A DNA stretch of 64,000 nt from Cyanophora paradoxa CCMP329 (lineage: Eukaryota; Plantae; Glaucophyta). This document shows, piece after piece, positions 1 through 12,714 of this stretch; the stretch's first letter is position 1; the number at the start of each line of letters is the position of its first letter. The notes below the pieces were generated by a model. That model had not been told where the DNA came from and ran no database searches. It was given only the letters and a program-made list of their open reading frames with translations. The position numbers were made by a program, and so were the translations under genes. The stretch is taken from the NCBI GenBank assembly GCA_004431415.1, contig QPMI01000158.1, positions 45,807 through 109,806 of the forward strand, read 5' to 3'.

Positions 1-237
1 CTGGGTCCGGGTAGGCCTCATGGATTGTAGACGGCCTCCGCTTCTTTCCCCGCGAGCCAGGATTCCTAATACATCGCCCCTCACTCGCTTTCTCGCGTCC
101 GCTTCTTGGATACATCCCCTCCCTTCTTCGATCGTAGATTCTGCTTCTTATCCCGGCTCGCGGGTCCCTCTCTGGGGTCGTAGCACGTTCTCCCCCCGCT
201 CGCTCGCTCGCTTGCTCACTTCTCCCCGGCTCGGCAG

Positions 238-1533
238 GTCCGGCCGCACCGGAATCGAGTCTGGCTCGTCTCCGCCCCGCTGTCCATACTCCTCCAGGCG
301 AGCCAGCGAGCGCCCCCGCCCCGCGGGGCCGGGGGGAGGGCGGGGGCGCCTGGAGAGGAGGGGGGGAGCTCGAGGGCGGGGGTTACCGTCCATCCAGACC
401 AGCGAGCCAGCGACCCCGCGCTCCCCCCGGCCCCGCCAAGCAGAGCTGAAGCGGGGCCCCTAGATCCCCTTGGAACGGCGCCCAGCGCCCCACCCTACCC
501 CGCCCTTCCCCGCCCCGCTCTGCCCCGCAATGCGCCTTAGAGATGCCAAGGCCCCCTATTTGATTAGAGGCACCAGGGCTCCAGCTCCAGCTCACGCCCC
601 GGCTCGGGCTCGGGCTCAACTCCACCTTTCCTATTAAACGCTGCGGCGGGCTCCATCTCCAGCTCCAGCTCGCCTGCTCGCTCGCTCACGCCCGCCCGCG
701 CCTCCGACGCGCAGTGCGCCTTCTACGCGGTGTCGGTCGCCGGCGCCGGGCCCCCGCCCTGGGCGCCCCCCGGCGACCCCTGGTCCTACCTCCCGGGGCC
801 ACCCGTCACCTGGTCTGCACGACGCCCCTACCCCCGTTTCTCCCCCCTCCTCCCTTCCTTACGTTCGGGCAGGTGGGGCGCGGCACTGCTGATGGGCCTC
901 GCGGCGCCGGCGGCATTTGTCGCACTCGACGAGCTCGCAAAGCGGCACGACCGCCGGGTCCGCTTTCCCTGCCCCCGGCCCTAGTCCCAACCCATACCCA
1001 GAAGCCCGGCTTAGAGAGAATTCTGAGCCCAATCCTTAGCTTCCCCTGCCCCCGGGCTAGAAGCTCAACTTAGCGAGGAGCCCAGAAGCCAAGCCTAGGA
1101 CAGAACTACGGCTAGCCAACCTAGCGAGGAGCCCAGAAGCCAAGCCCCTCCCCCCCGCCCCCCCCCCAAAAAGAAAACCCGCTGGGACCGGCCGCCGGCT
1201 CCAGACGTCTGAGCCGAGAACCATGGGGCCTGGCCAGGTAGATCTCCCTTGATTCGTAGACCGCCGGGTCCGCCCCGGCTTGGCCCGCCCCGCCCTTCCC
1301 TGGGATTCCCCGCCCCCCCCCCCCCCCCCCCCCCCGATTCTTTCCTCCCCCCCAAAAAAATCCCCCTCTAGCTGGGACCGCTGGGACCGGCCGCCGGCTC
1401 CAAGCCGTAGAGCCGAGGCCGCCGTCTCCCCGGCTCACTCGTACCCCCCGGGCAGCGGCTGGACCGGTACAACAGGAAGCTCTGGCTCGAGTTCAACACG
1501 AAGCTCGGCATGCACTCCCCGCTCCGCGACTAG
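238..1533 (+). CDS. 3' exons of a TMEM94 (KIAA0195/ERMA)-like P-type-ATPase-related membrane protein; exons ~238-297, 715-812, 873-957, 1456-1533
   Basis: Phase-consistent splicing gives VRPHRNRVWLVSAPLSILLQ-CAFYAVS...VTW-WGAALLMGLAAPAAFVALDELAKRHDRR-RLDRYNRKLWLEFNTKLGMHSPLRD*. The LEFNTKLGMHSP terminus matches the TMEM94 C-terminal signature (F-x-TKLGMxSP). CAG acceptors are preceded by CTCAC-type branch motifs; the first donor is GC. Confidence 0.7.
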
Positions 1534-2152
1534 CGCAGGCGGCAGCACGCGGCCGCCGCCGCTGGGGCCCTCCCGCCCTTGAAGCGAATGCATTGCGCCC
1601 GCGGCGATGCTTGAAGATTGAATGCACAATCATCCCGAGTTGGAGTGATCATGATTCATGAGCTCGAGTCTCTGTTTTTGTGCAGTCTAGATCTCGAGCT
1701 CGATCTTGCGGCCACGGTCATCGAATTCAACTGAAAACGCCGTGGGTGACGTGGTAATTAACTTCAATTAGCAAGCAAATATTGATTAAAGTACTAGTAC
1801 TACTACGGTACTGTACATTTGCATGCTAGGATTCATGTGCACGCTCGAGAGATCTAGATCGATCGGGCGAGTCACTGAGTGGCCAATGGGGGTGTTCATC
1901 ATGATCATCTGCATGATCATGATCAGGCAATTCAGACAATTCTCGTTCCGTGCCAAGCTTAAGTGCCGAGTCGACTCAGAGCGAATTGAGGAATTGAATG
2001 ATCACTTGTCACTTCATCATCAAGTTCACCTATCAAGTTAAATGTAGCTATATATGTGGCTTATCAAGCTTAAGTTATATGTAGCTAAGCGAACACGGTG
2101 ATCGAATTCAATTAAAGACGTCGACCTCCAAGCTCCGAGCTCCGAGCTGGAC

Positions 2153-2774
2153 CGTGCAAATGACAATTAGCAAGCAAATTAAAGCCTTGAAGTACGGTGC
2201 GTGATAGGATTCATGAGATCAGTATCATCTGTGCATCTATAATAGGTATTCATCGAGTTGGGTATACGTATTCAAGTATTCTTCACTAAATATTCGTATA
2301 GAGATTCATCAAGTTATATGTGGCTTAGCGATTACATACATATGCATACTATGATAAATGGCAATCATTGAATGCAAAGCAACTGCACATACAGCTGGCA
2401 AAGTTAATGCATCTAACTTCATCACTCATATGCATTGAATGCAAAGCAACTGCACACGAAACGTTAACTGGCAAAGCTAATTCATCTAACGTAATCACTG
2501 CACATGCAATCAAATACCGTATACGTAGCTATGTATAGTACTGCATGTAGAGACACACATCGATATCGCGATCGATATCGTCTGCACGATCGCGATCGAT
2601 ATTCTGGCAAGCATCGCTAACGTAATAAAAACTGCATGCGTATACAAACATGCATCCGTACGCGTGCAGAGGCTAATTAACACGGTTCGACGAGAAGGTG
2701 GAACGCTCAACATGGACACAGCTGCAGCTGCCAGGCTGCAGCTGCCGCAAAATGGATCAGGACCCTACGTATAC

Positions 2775-2805
<31 letters not shown>

Positions 2806-3689
2806 GGTGCGACAAAATTCGATCGCGGCGGGCCGGGCGCGCGCGCCCTAGGCCTCGCACGAACGGGATAATTTAAGCGAAAGGGAAATTAAAAGTCGAA
2901 AAATCAAAGAGATGGCGCGGGCAATTAAAAAGAAAGGCGCCTGCACATCGCATTCAATGATTGCCATTTATCATAGTATGCATATGTATGTAATCGCTAA
3001 GCCACATATAACTTGATGAATCTCTATACGAATATTTAGTGAAGAATACTTGAATACGTATACCCAACGTGCAAATGACAATTAGCAAGCAAATTAAAGC
3101 CTTGAAGTACGGTGCGTGATAGGATTCATGAGATCAGTATCATCTGTGCATCTATAATAGGTATTCATCGAGTTGGGTATACGTATTCAAGTATTCTTCA
3201 CTAAATATTCGTATAGAGATTCATCAAGTTATATGTGGCTTAGCGATTACATACATATGCATACTATGATAAATGGCAATCATTGAATGCAAAGCAACTG
3301 CACATACAGCTGGCAAAGTTAATGCATCTAACTTCATCACTCATATGCATTGAATGCAAAGCAACTGCACACGAAACGTTAACTGGCAAAGCTAATTCAT
3401 CTAACGTAATCACTGCACATGCAATCAAATACCGTATACGTAGCTATGTATAGTACTGCATGTAGAGACACACATCGATATCGCGATCGATATCGTCTGC
3501 ACGATCGCGATCGATATTCTGGCAAGCATCGCTAACGTAATAAAAACTGCATGCGTATACAAACATGCATCCGTACGCGTGCAGAGGCTAATTAACACGG
3601 TTCGACGAGAAGGTGGAACGCTCAACATGGACACAGCTGCAGCTGCCAGGCTGCAGCTGCCGCAAAATGGATCAGGACCCTACGTATAC

Positions 3690-3720
<31 letters not shown>

Positions 3721-3865
3721 GGTGCGACAAAATTCGATCGCGGCGGGCCGGGCGCGCGCGCCCTAGGCCTCGCACGAACGGGATAATTTAAGCGAAAGGG
3801 AAATTAAAAGTCGAAAAATCAAAGAGATGGCGCGGGCAATTAAAAAGAAAGGCGCCTGCACATCG
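2153..3865. repeat. 798-bp direct duplication (2153-2950 = 3068-3865) bridged by an inverted 119-bp copy (2950-3068 = revcomp of 2257-2375)
   Basis: Identical sequence and identical spurious ORFs at offset 915; the linker reads as the reverse complement of 2257-2375. Confidence 0.9.
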
Positions 3866-3930
3866 TGACATGTACATGTGTGGGATCCGGATCCGGATGG
3901 CCAGTCCGCATGCGCAGTCGCCGCAGCGCG

Positions 3931-5201
3931 GCTCAGAAAAACGAGTCGAGGCTGCGGACCACCTTCGGCCGGGGAATCGGGAGGGGCATCGAGCGGGTGA
4001 GCGAGGGCCGGAAGGAGCCGAGGAGCGGCGCCGGCGAGGCGCGCGCGCGCTCGCTCTCTGGATCCGAGCCCGAGCCGCGGCGGGCGGCGGAGGCGCTCCG
4101 CGGCTTGCAGCGGTAGTCGCGGTCGTACTCCTCTTCGGACTCGGCATCGGAGTCTGAAGACGAGGCGGATCCGCGGCGGCCGCCGAGCCTCGCGGCCAGG
4201 GCGAGCAGGGGCGAGACGCTCGCCGTCGGGCGCTCCGACTCCTCCTCGCCGCTCGACTCCTCCTCCTCCAGCTCGATCCAGAAGACCGCTGCGGCGAAAT
4301 ACCAAGTCAGACTGGCAGCGGCGCGCGCAGAATTATATATCGGGGGGGGGAGAGGAGGGGGATGGGGAGGGGGGGGGAGGCGGACCCGAGTATGCAGGGC
4401 AGGAGGCGGGGATGCTGCTCCGAGGGTGGGAGGCGGAGTTGCAGGGCGGGGGCAGGCTCAGGTCCTCCGGGAAGTGGCTGGGGCGGCTGGGCGCCGCCTC
4501 CGCCGACTTGGACTGGCCATGGCTCGCCCTCCGGTTCGCGATCGACTGCGAGGGCGCCCGCGGCCGCAGCAGCGGGGCCCCGACGGCGGCCGTCGGGTGC
4601 GGCCCGTCGACGGGCGTCGAGATCGCCCGGGGGGACGTCGCCGTCTGAACATAGAAAATCAGAAAATGACTACAACCGCGGAATGGTGTGACTGTACATG
4701 TAATTTTTCATAACCGCCCACCGTGGAATGGGAAGGCGACCGCGAGGGGGTGGCGCATGCGCAGTCGTCGTCGGCAGACGCCGCCGGACAGGCGAGCTCC
4801 GCGTGGGCGACGTCCCTCAGGGTCAGCGAGCTCGGGGGCGTCTTGACGTGCGGCGCGTCGAGGCACAGGTCGTGCATCCGAACGCCGGCGTCGAAGTCGT
4901 ATGCGTCTGCGGCGGCAATGGGGAACTTCATGGTCAGACATCGGTTTAAAGACACGAGTGGATCCGGATTATAATTAATATTGAAGACTGGGATAATTGG
5001 CCTGGCCAGAGCGCTAGCCTAGGCCTCCTGACGTCGACGTTTAGATCTGTGATAAAGCGCCGGCGTCCCCCGCATTTCGGCTGGGCCGGGCGGGAGCGCA
5101 CCCGAATCACAATCAGCATACGCGTCGTCGCAGACGCGCAGGCTCTTCGGATTCAGACGCCGAAATTCTTCCGCCGTACGGGCGAGAGTGCGGCAGGCCA
5201 T
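3931..5201 (-). pseudogene. Copy 1 of a repeated host gene of unknown function (MACRTLA...RSLDSFF), probably spliced and degenerate
   Basis: Blocks MACRTLARTAEEFRRLNPKSLRVCDDAYADCDSG, KFPIAAADAYDFDAGVRMHDLCLDAPHVKT and WYFAAAVFWIELEEEE recur in three copies with stops and indels. Confidence 0.5.
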
Positions 5202-6570
5202 CGCTCTGGTTTGGCAGTTGAGTAGCGACCGCAGCTGGGGGAAGACCGGTTGTTGTCGTGCGGAACTGGCACGAATTCGAACGCCGCGCGCGTATTGAGC
5301 TGAGGCGACTGAGCTGCGGCCTGCAGGCCTAGGTGTGGATGCGAGCGTACGCGTCTCGCTGCGGTTGCGAAACTTGGATGAGCTCGCCTCTGCCGCAGTG
5401 CTCTCTGCAACTGCTTCTCAGCCTGGCAGAGTCTTCTTCTAGATCTGTTGCTGCTGCTTCTGTAGCTGCGCGTGCGGCGTGCCCCCCGCCCCTACTAGGC
5501 TAGCTCCACTGGCCAGCCTCCAGAGGCTCCAGCTGACTCAGTGAGAGGGCCGGCGGGCCGGCGCCTCAGGCTGCTCAGCTCAGCGAGAGCGTTGAACGAA
5601 ATTGGGCCCAATTTGGGCCCCAATTTTGGGGGCCCAGGCCTGAGCTACCCGGTAGCTATAGGCTATAGCCTAGCTATAGCTAGTAGGCTAGTAGTAGCCT
5701 GAGCTAAGTATCCGATCCGAATCATCCGATCCGGCGACTCCGATATCGATCCGAGGTCGAGACCGTCAGACTCCGAGTCCGGCCGCGTCCGGCGACTCGG
5801 CCGCGAGTCGGGGCCGACTCGGCGGCGAGCTCGAGTCGCCGGCGACTCGGCGAGTCGGCGGCGACGGCCGGCGGCGGCGGCGGCCGCCGGCGCCGGGCCG
5901 GCGCCGGCCGCCCACGCCGCGGGCCACGTGCACGCGTACGGCGCCCAGGCGGCCCAGCGCAATGAGCGCATTCATGATCAGATCATATGCATAATCATGA
6001 TCACGTGCACCACATTAATATTGTGATTGTAAGTTTGGCCAGTCCGACGGTCGTCCAGCAACTTGCTGGCAAAACGCCGCGCCACGTCACGGCGTACTAC
6101 GGTACGCGTGCCCAGGCGCCGGCCGGCGGCCGCGGGCTCGGTGCCTGCCCCATCGCTCCCCCACGCACCGAGCCTCCTCGTCGGCGAGTCGTCGCAGCAG
6201 CAGCGCGCCGCCGGCGCCGGCGCCGGGGCCGGGGCCCGGGGCCGCCGGATCCGGAGGCGACGCGGGGGACGCGGGGCGCCCCGCAGGGCCGCAGTGGGAG
6301 GGCGGGAACGTCTGCGCCTCCCGCGTGTCCGATCCTCTACCCCCCCCCCCCCCCCCCCTCCCCTCTAGATCTTCGGCCTCTTACCCTTCGAATTCCCTCC
6401 TCAGGACGCGGGTCGAGGAGTTCGGGCGGGCCCGGGCGCTGAGCACGCTGGCGTGCCCCCTCCTCATGCGCCGCGACACCAACCTTTCCGAGGCCCGCCC
6501 CCCCGCGCCCGCCCCCGCCGCGCTCTAACTAACACGCGACTTCTCATCTTTCATCTTATCCGCCCCGCAG

Positions 6571-7040
6571 GTGCTGGACCTGCTTGCGGAGGGGCGGCGC
6601 CTCCTCAACAACACGCGCCAGGCCCTGGCCTGCTCCTCTTCCTCCCCGCCCACCTCCATGCAGGCGCCGCCCCGCCCCTCCTCCTTCCTCCCCTTCCTTC
6701 CTCACGCCTCCCGCCAGCTCTTCTTCGTGGTGCTGGCCTCGCAGTGCCTCCTCTTCCCCGGGCCCGCCATCTACACCGGCTACGTATAATATACCATGGC
6801 CATGCAGGCGCTGCGCATGCCCCTCCCGCCCCGGCCCTGCCCCTCCCCGAACCCAGCCTGCCGGGCCTTCCCTCCCCGCACGTCCCGCCCCTCCACGAGC
6901 CCAGCCCAGCGCTAGCCCAGCCTGGCCCTACTAAGCCGAGCTCGATCAGATCCTGTCACAGCGTGGCTCGCGATCGAGCTCGTGCAGTTCCCGTTGCTCG
7001 CCGCCTCCCTAGGCCTCCTCGCGCCCCTAGGCCTGCCCCA
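6571..7040 (+). pseudogene. Degenerate internal exons of a TMEM94-like gene
   Basis: After a ctaac...cccgcag acceptor: VLDLLAEGRRLLNNTRQALA, LFFVVLASQCLLFPGPAIYTG and FPLLAASL, resembling the membrane region after the cytosolic domain of TMEM94; interrupted by stops and insertions. Confidence 0.5.
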
Positions 7041-7824
7041 TATGCATGGAGCAGAAAATCATGATCATGATCATGTGCGTGCAGTCCCCGCGGCCCGCCC
7101 CGGCCCGCGCGCGGCCGGCCCCCGGCCCCACCCGCTCCCCCCACCCGTAGCCCGGCCGGAGCCCGCGCTGCCAGCTGCAGCTGCAGCTCGCGATCGGCCA
7201 CGTCGGCCCGGCAGGGCTTGGATTGGCTGGGCTTAAGCTTGGCCCGGTTCGGCCTTGACCTTGGCCTCTCCCGCGGCACGCGCTGACGACGCTCGGCTGG
7301 ACCGGTATACCCTCCGGGATCCCTCCCCAGGCGGCGGATGGCGGATCTCGTTTTGAATCGAATCGAGGAATTGGTCACTTCAATTCATCATCATCAAGTT
7401 CACTTGCATATATATATATATATACGTATACCTATACATATAGGTCTTCATCCAAGTTATATATTCACCAAAAACAATTATGTATACGTAGCGCTAGCTT
7501 AGCTATAGCGATTACGTATACATATGCATAATTATAAATGGCAATCATTGAATGCAAAGCAACTAGTGTACTGCACATGGAAAAAAGCTAATGCATCTAA
7601 TTTAATCACTGCACATGCAATCAACTACCGTAGCACTGCTTAGTATGGATCTGCTCGATACACTGCAAAAACTGCGTACAGATCGTTCGCACGATCGCGA
7701 TCGATATCCTCGCCAGCATCGCTAACGTAATGAAAACTGCACACGTATACATGTAGACAAACAAGCATTCGTGCATATCTAGAGGCTAACATGGTTCACG
7801 AGAAAGTGGAACGCGCAACAGTGA

Positions 7825-8997
7825 TCATGACACAGCTGCAGCTGCCGCAAAACGGATCCGGACCCTACGTATACGAGAGTCGTACTCCTCTTCGGACTCG
7901 GCATAGGGTAGTCGTACTCCTCTTCGGACTCGGCATCGGTAGTCGCGGTCGTACTCCTCTTCGGACTCGGCATCGGAGTCTGAAGACGAGGCGGATCCGC
8001 GGCGGCCGCCCAGCCTCGCGGCCAGGGCGAGCAGGGGCGACACGCTCGCCGTCGGGCGCTCTGACTCCTCCTCGCCGCTCGACTCCTCCTCCTCCAGCTC
8101 GATCCAGAAGACCGCTGCGGCGAAATACCAAGTCAGCCTGGCAGCGGAGGGGGGGGGGGGGGTTGGGGAGGGGGGTTGGGGGGGGGGGGGTGGAGGGGTG
8201 GGGGGGTGGGGGTGGGGGGGAGGCGGACCCGAGTAGGCGGGGCAGGAGGCGGGGATGCTGCTCCGGTTGTGGGAGGCGGATCCGGAGGCGCAGGGCGGGG
8301 GCAGGCTCAGGTCCTCCGGGAAGTGGCTGGGGCGGCTGGGCGCCGCCTCCGCCGACTTGGACTGGCTCGCCCTCCGGTTCGCGATCGACTGCGAGGGTGC
8401 CCGCGGCCGCAGCAGCGGGGCACCGACGGCGGCCGTCGGGTGCGGCACGTCGAGGGGCGTCGAGATCGCCCGGGGGGACGTCGCCGTCTGAACATAGAAA
8501 ATCAGAAAATGACGTACAACCGCGGAATGGTGTGACTGTAATTTTTCATAACCGCCCACCGTGGAATGAGAAGGCGACCGCGAGGGGGTGGCGCATGCGC
8601 AGTCGTCGTCGACAGAGGCCGCCATCGCCGGGCAGGCGAGCTCCGCGTGGGCGACGTCCCTCAGGGTCAGCGAGCTCGGGGGCGTCTTGACGTGCGGCGC
8701 GTCGAGGCACATGTCGTGCATCCGAACGCCGCCGTCGAAATCGTATGCGTCTGCGGCGGCAATGCATATGGGGAACTTCATGGTCAGGCAGCGGTTTGGA
8801 GACAGGATATCGATCCGGAGCGGATCATTGGCCGGGCGTGGGATATTTGGCCAGAGCCTCCTGACATTTATGATAAAGCGGCTGGGCGGGAGCGCACCCG
8901 AATCACAATCAGCATACGCGTCGTCGCAGACGCGCAGGCTCTTCGGATTCAGGCGGCGGAAGTCTTCCACCGTGGGGGCGAGAGTGCGGCAGGCCAT
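7825..8997 (-). pseudogene. Copy 2 of the repeated unknown host gene, 3'-truncated, with a local triplication of AGTCGTACTCCTCTTCGGACTCGGCAT-like units (~7878-7975)
   Basis: 390-aa ORF collinear with copies 1 and 3. Confidence 0.5.
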
Positions 8998-10307
8998 CTC
9001 TAGATCTCTGGTTCGGCAGTTGATTAGCGACCGCAGCTCGAAAAAGGCCGGTTGTTTTCGTGCGGAACTGGCACGAATTCGAACGCCGCGCGCGTATTGA
9101 GCTGAGGCGACTGAGCTGCAGCCTGCAGGTGTGGATGCGAGCGTACGCGTCTCGCTGCGGTTGCGAAACTTGTGATGAGCTCTGCTCTCTACTACTAGAT
9201 ATCGATAGAGCGCATGCGCGCAGCGCTAGCTGATCATGAGGGGCCCTTTGCCGGGGGGCGCCCGGGGGCCCACCCGGCCCAGCCTCCGATCCGGCCACAC
9301 CATTCAACGCACTGTAAGTTTGGCCGGTCGTTCTGCAAAACGCCGCCACGTGAGCAAGGCGCCGAGGGCTCCGGGATCGGACTCCTTGGAGCCTACCCCA
9401 TCGGGTGAGCTAGCCATGGGCCATTCAAAATGCAGACCATTGCTGCGCCAGAATTGGGCTGCAGAGGTACCGAGTAGGCAGCTTGCGGAGCTGCTCGATC
9501 GCGACAGCCGCGGCCCCACTCAGGGCCCACTGCCGCAGAGTCGGCGCAGACTCCCGCAGTGCCCCAGGCCCCCAGGGGCCAGGGCCCCAGCGCCAATGCT
9601 GCCCCATCATCGGCGCCGAATCGCCGCCGATTCGGCGGTGACATCGGCCCCGATGTCTTTTTTTCCGAAACCGCGCGTCCATTCGAATTCAGGTCGGACA
9701 GGTCCGACGGTCACAGCGGCGACACAGCCTCACAGCCAGCGAGTCACAGGCTCACAGGGGGCGCTCGGGCAGCTGCGCGGCGCCGGCAATGGCCCGGCAT
9801 CCGCTGCGATGATCCGCCGCTTCCGAGTGCATCTTAAGCTTCTTCGAATTCTCCCGGCCCCGGGCCACGAGCCCGAGCCGCGACGAGCTCGCCGTCCGCG
9901 TGCGTGGGCCCCGCCCAGCCCTGCGCATGCCCCGCCCCGCCCCGCCCTCTGCGCGTTAGCTCGCCCGGCCCGGCCCCGGGTGGCTTGGCTCGCCCCGGCT
10001 GGCCGCGGGCCCGGCGGCCAGAGACTGCATGCGCAGGGCCCCGCTTGGCCTCTTGGACTATATATAGCTAGAGACTGCCGCAGTGCCGCGACTTCTTAGT
10101 ACATTCATATGTCCTCCTCCCTAATATATCTCCCCCCGCTCCCTTACAATTACTCGCGTCTAGATCTGCTTCGACTCGGCGAAATTCTTAGATAAATCCC
10201 CTCCCTTCTCCGCGAGCCTATATATGCTAAAAACTAACGCGTCGGAGCACGTGCTACCCCCTCCCCCGCTCGCTCGCTCGCTTGCTCACTCTCCTCCGGC
10301 CCCGCAG

Positions 10308-11545
10308 GTCCGCCCGCACCGGAACCGCGTCTGGCTCGTCTCCGCCCCGCTCGCCGTCCTCCTCCAGGCGATCGCGAGCGCCCCCGCCCTCCCCCCGGCC
10401 CCGCGAATTGCAAGCAGAGCTTGCGTCTGCTTGCAATTGGAGCCCCCTAGATCCGATCCGGTGGAACCGCGCCCCCCGCCCCGCCCCGCCCCGCCCCGCC
10501 CCCGCCAAGGCTTCCCCGCTAGTTGTCCTATCGCGAGAAGCTGCAGCAGGCTCCGGCTCGAGCTCCAACGCTAGCTCCACCTTCCCTATTAAACGCTGCA
10601 GCGGGCCGGGCTCCATCTCCAGCTCCAGCTCGCCTGCTCGTTCCGAAGTTCGCTCATGCCCGCCCGCGCCTCCTATGCGCAGTGCGCCTTCTATAGCTAC
10701 GTCGTGTCGGTCGCCGGCGCCGGGCCCCCGCCCCGGGCGCCCCCCTTCGACCCCTGGTCCTACCTCCCGGGGCCCCCCGTCACCTGGTCCGCACGACGCC
10801 CCTACCCCCGTTTCTCTCCCCTTCTCCCTTCCTTACGTTCGGGCAGGTGGGGCGCGGCGCTGCTGATGGGCCTCGCGGCGCCGGCGGCCTTCGTCGCCCT
10901 GGACGAGCTCGCCAAGCGGCACGACCGCCGGGTCCGCTGCGCTTTCCCTGCCCCCGGCCCTAGACCCAACGTTAACCCGGACCCAGAGGCCCGGCCTCAA
11001 GCTTGAGAGAATTCTGGGCCCAATTGCAATCCTTAGCTTCGCCTGCCTGCGATCCGGGATCCGGCCTCGAAGCCTGGCCTAGCGAGAAGCCCAGATCTAG
11101 AAGCCTAAGCCCAAGGTCTGGAGCTCAGCTAGATCTTCCTAGAACCCTAGACCGCCGGGCCCGATCTGGCTTGACCCGCGGCCGCCCAGACCCGCCCTTC
11201 CCCCCGGGATCCTCCCCCCCCGCAAGCCGTGGATCTCAGAGTCTCAGAGCTCCTCCGCCTCCCCGATTCCGATTCTTTCCGGATCTCAGAGCCCCTTCTT
11301 CCCCCCCGCCGCCCCCCCCCTCTTCCCCCCCCCCCCCCCGATTCTTTCCTCCACCCCCCAAAAAAATCCCCCTCTAGCTGGGACCGCTGGGACCGGCCGC
11401 CGGCTCAAAGCCGTAGAGCCGAGGCCGCCATCTCCCCCGGCTCACTCGCCCCCCCGGGCAGCGGCTGGACCGGAACAACCGGAAGCTCCGGCTCGAGTTC
11501 AACACGAAGCTCGGCATGCACTCGAGCTCCCCGCTCCGCGACTAG
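10308..11545 (+). pseudogene. Second copy of the TMEM94-like 3' exons, carrying 6-bp palindromic insertions
   Basis: Collinear with 238-1533 including introns; insertions such as CTC->CTCGAGCTC fall inside the conserved MHSP motif. Confidence 0.65.
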
Positions 11546-12714
11546 CGCACGCGGCAGCACGCGTACGCGGCCGCTGCCGCGGGGGCCCGCCCGCCCTTGA
11601 AGCGAATGCATTAATATTGCGCCCGCTGCGACGCTTGAAGATTAACGATTGAATGCACAATCATCTCCCGAGTTGGGACTCAACTTGGGAGTGAGCTCGA
11701 GTCTATTTATGTTTTTGTGCAGTCCAATCACAATCTTGATCTCAATCTTGCGGCCACGGTGATCGAATTCGAATTTATATACAATGAATTCCGAAGTTCG
11801 AGGCCGATAATCAAATGGACCGTGCAATCAGCAACTTGGCAAGCAAATTAAAGTGCTGTGCATGCTAGGATTCATGAGATCATGATCATCCGATGATCTG
11901 CATGATCATGATCAGGCAATTCATGATCAAGACGTGCGTTAACATAACATATCGTCATCGATCAAGAGTCGTCACGAGTCAACTCAGAGAGAGTCGAATT
12001 TCGAATTGAGGAATTGAATGATCACTTCATCATCAAGCCTGGCAAGTCACTGAGTTCGCCTATCAAGTTACATGTAGCTTAGCTAATCATGATCAAGTTA
12101 TAATTATAGGTAACTTAGCGATTACATATGCCGCAGTGCATAAATGGCAATCAATGAATGCAAAGCAACTGCACATACAACTAGTACTGGCAAAGTTATT
12201 GCATCTAACTTAATCACTCATTGAATGCAAAGCAACTGCACACGAATTCGAAACTGGCAAAGTTAATGCATCTAACTTAATCACTGCACATTCAATCAAC
12301 TACCGTAGCTATGGTACTGCTTAGCTATATAGTATGGATCTGCTCGTTACACTGCAAAAACTGCATGTAGAGACACACATCGTCCGCACGGTCGATATCC
12401 TGGCAAGCATCGCTAACTTCATGAAAACTGCATGTGTATACAAGCACGCATTTGTGCAGAGGCTAACATGGTTCACGAGAAAGTGGAACGCTCCGAGGCT
12501 CATCAGTGATCATGACACAGCTGCAGCTGCCGCAAAACGGATCGGGACCCTACGAGAGAGAGAGAGGGTGCGACAAAATTCGATCGCTGGGAGGGGGCAC
12601 GCCCCCGCGCGACCGGGATAATTTAAGCGAAAGGGAAAAGTTGAAAAAGAGGTGGCGCGGACAAAAAGATAGTTGCTGGACGGCACCCTGGCGTCCATAC
12701 TGCCGCAGAACGGC

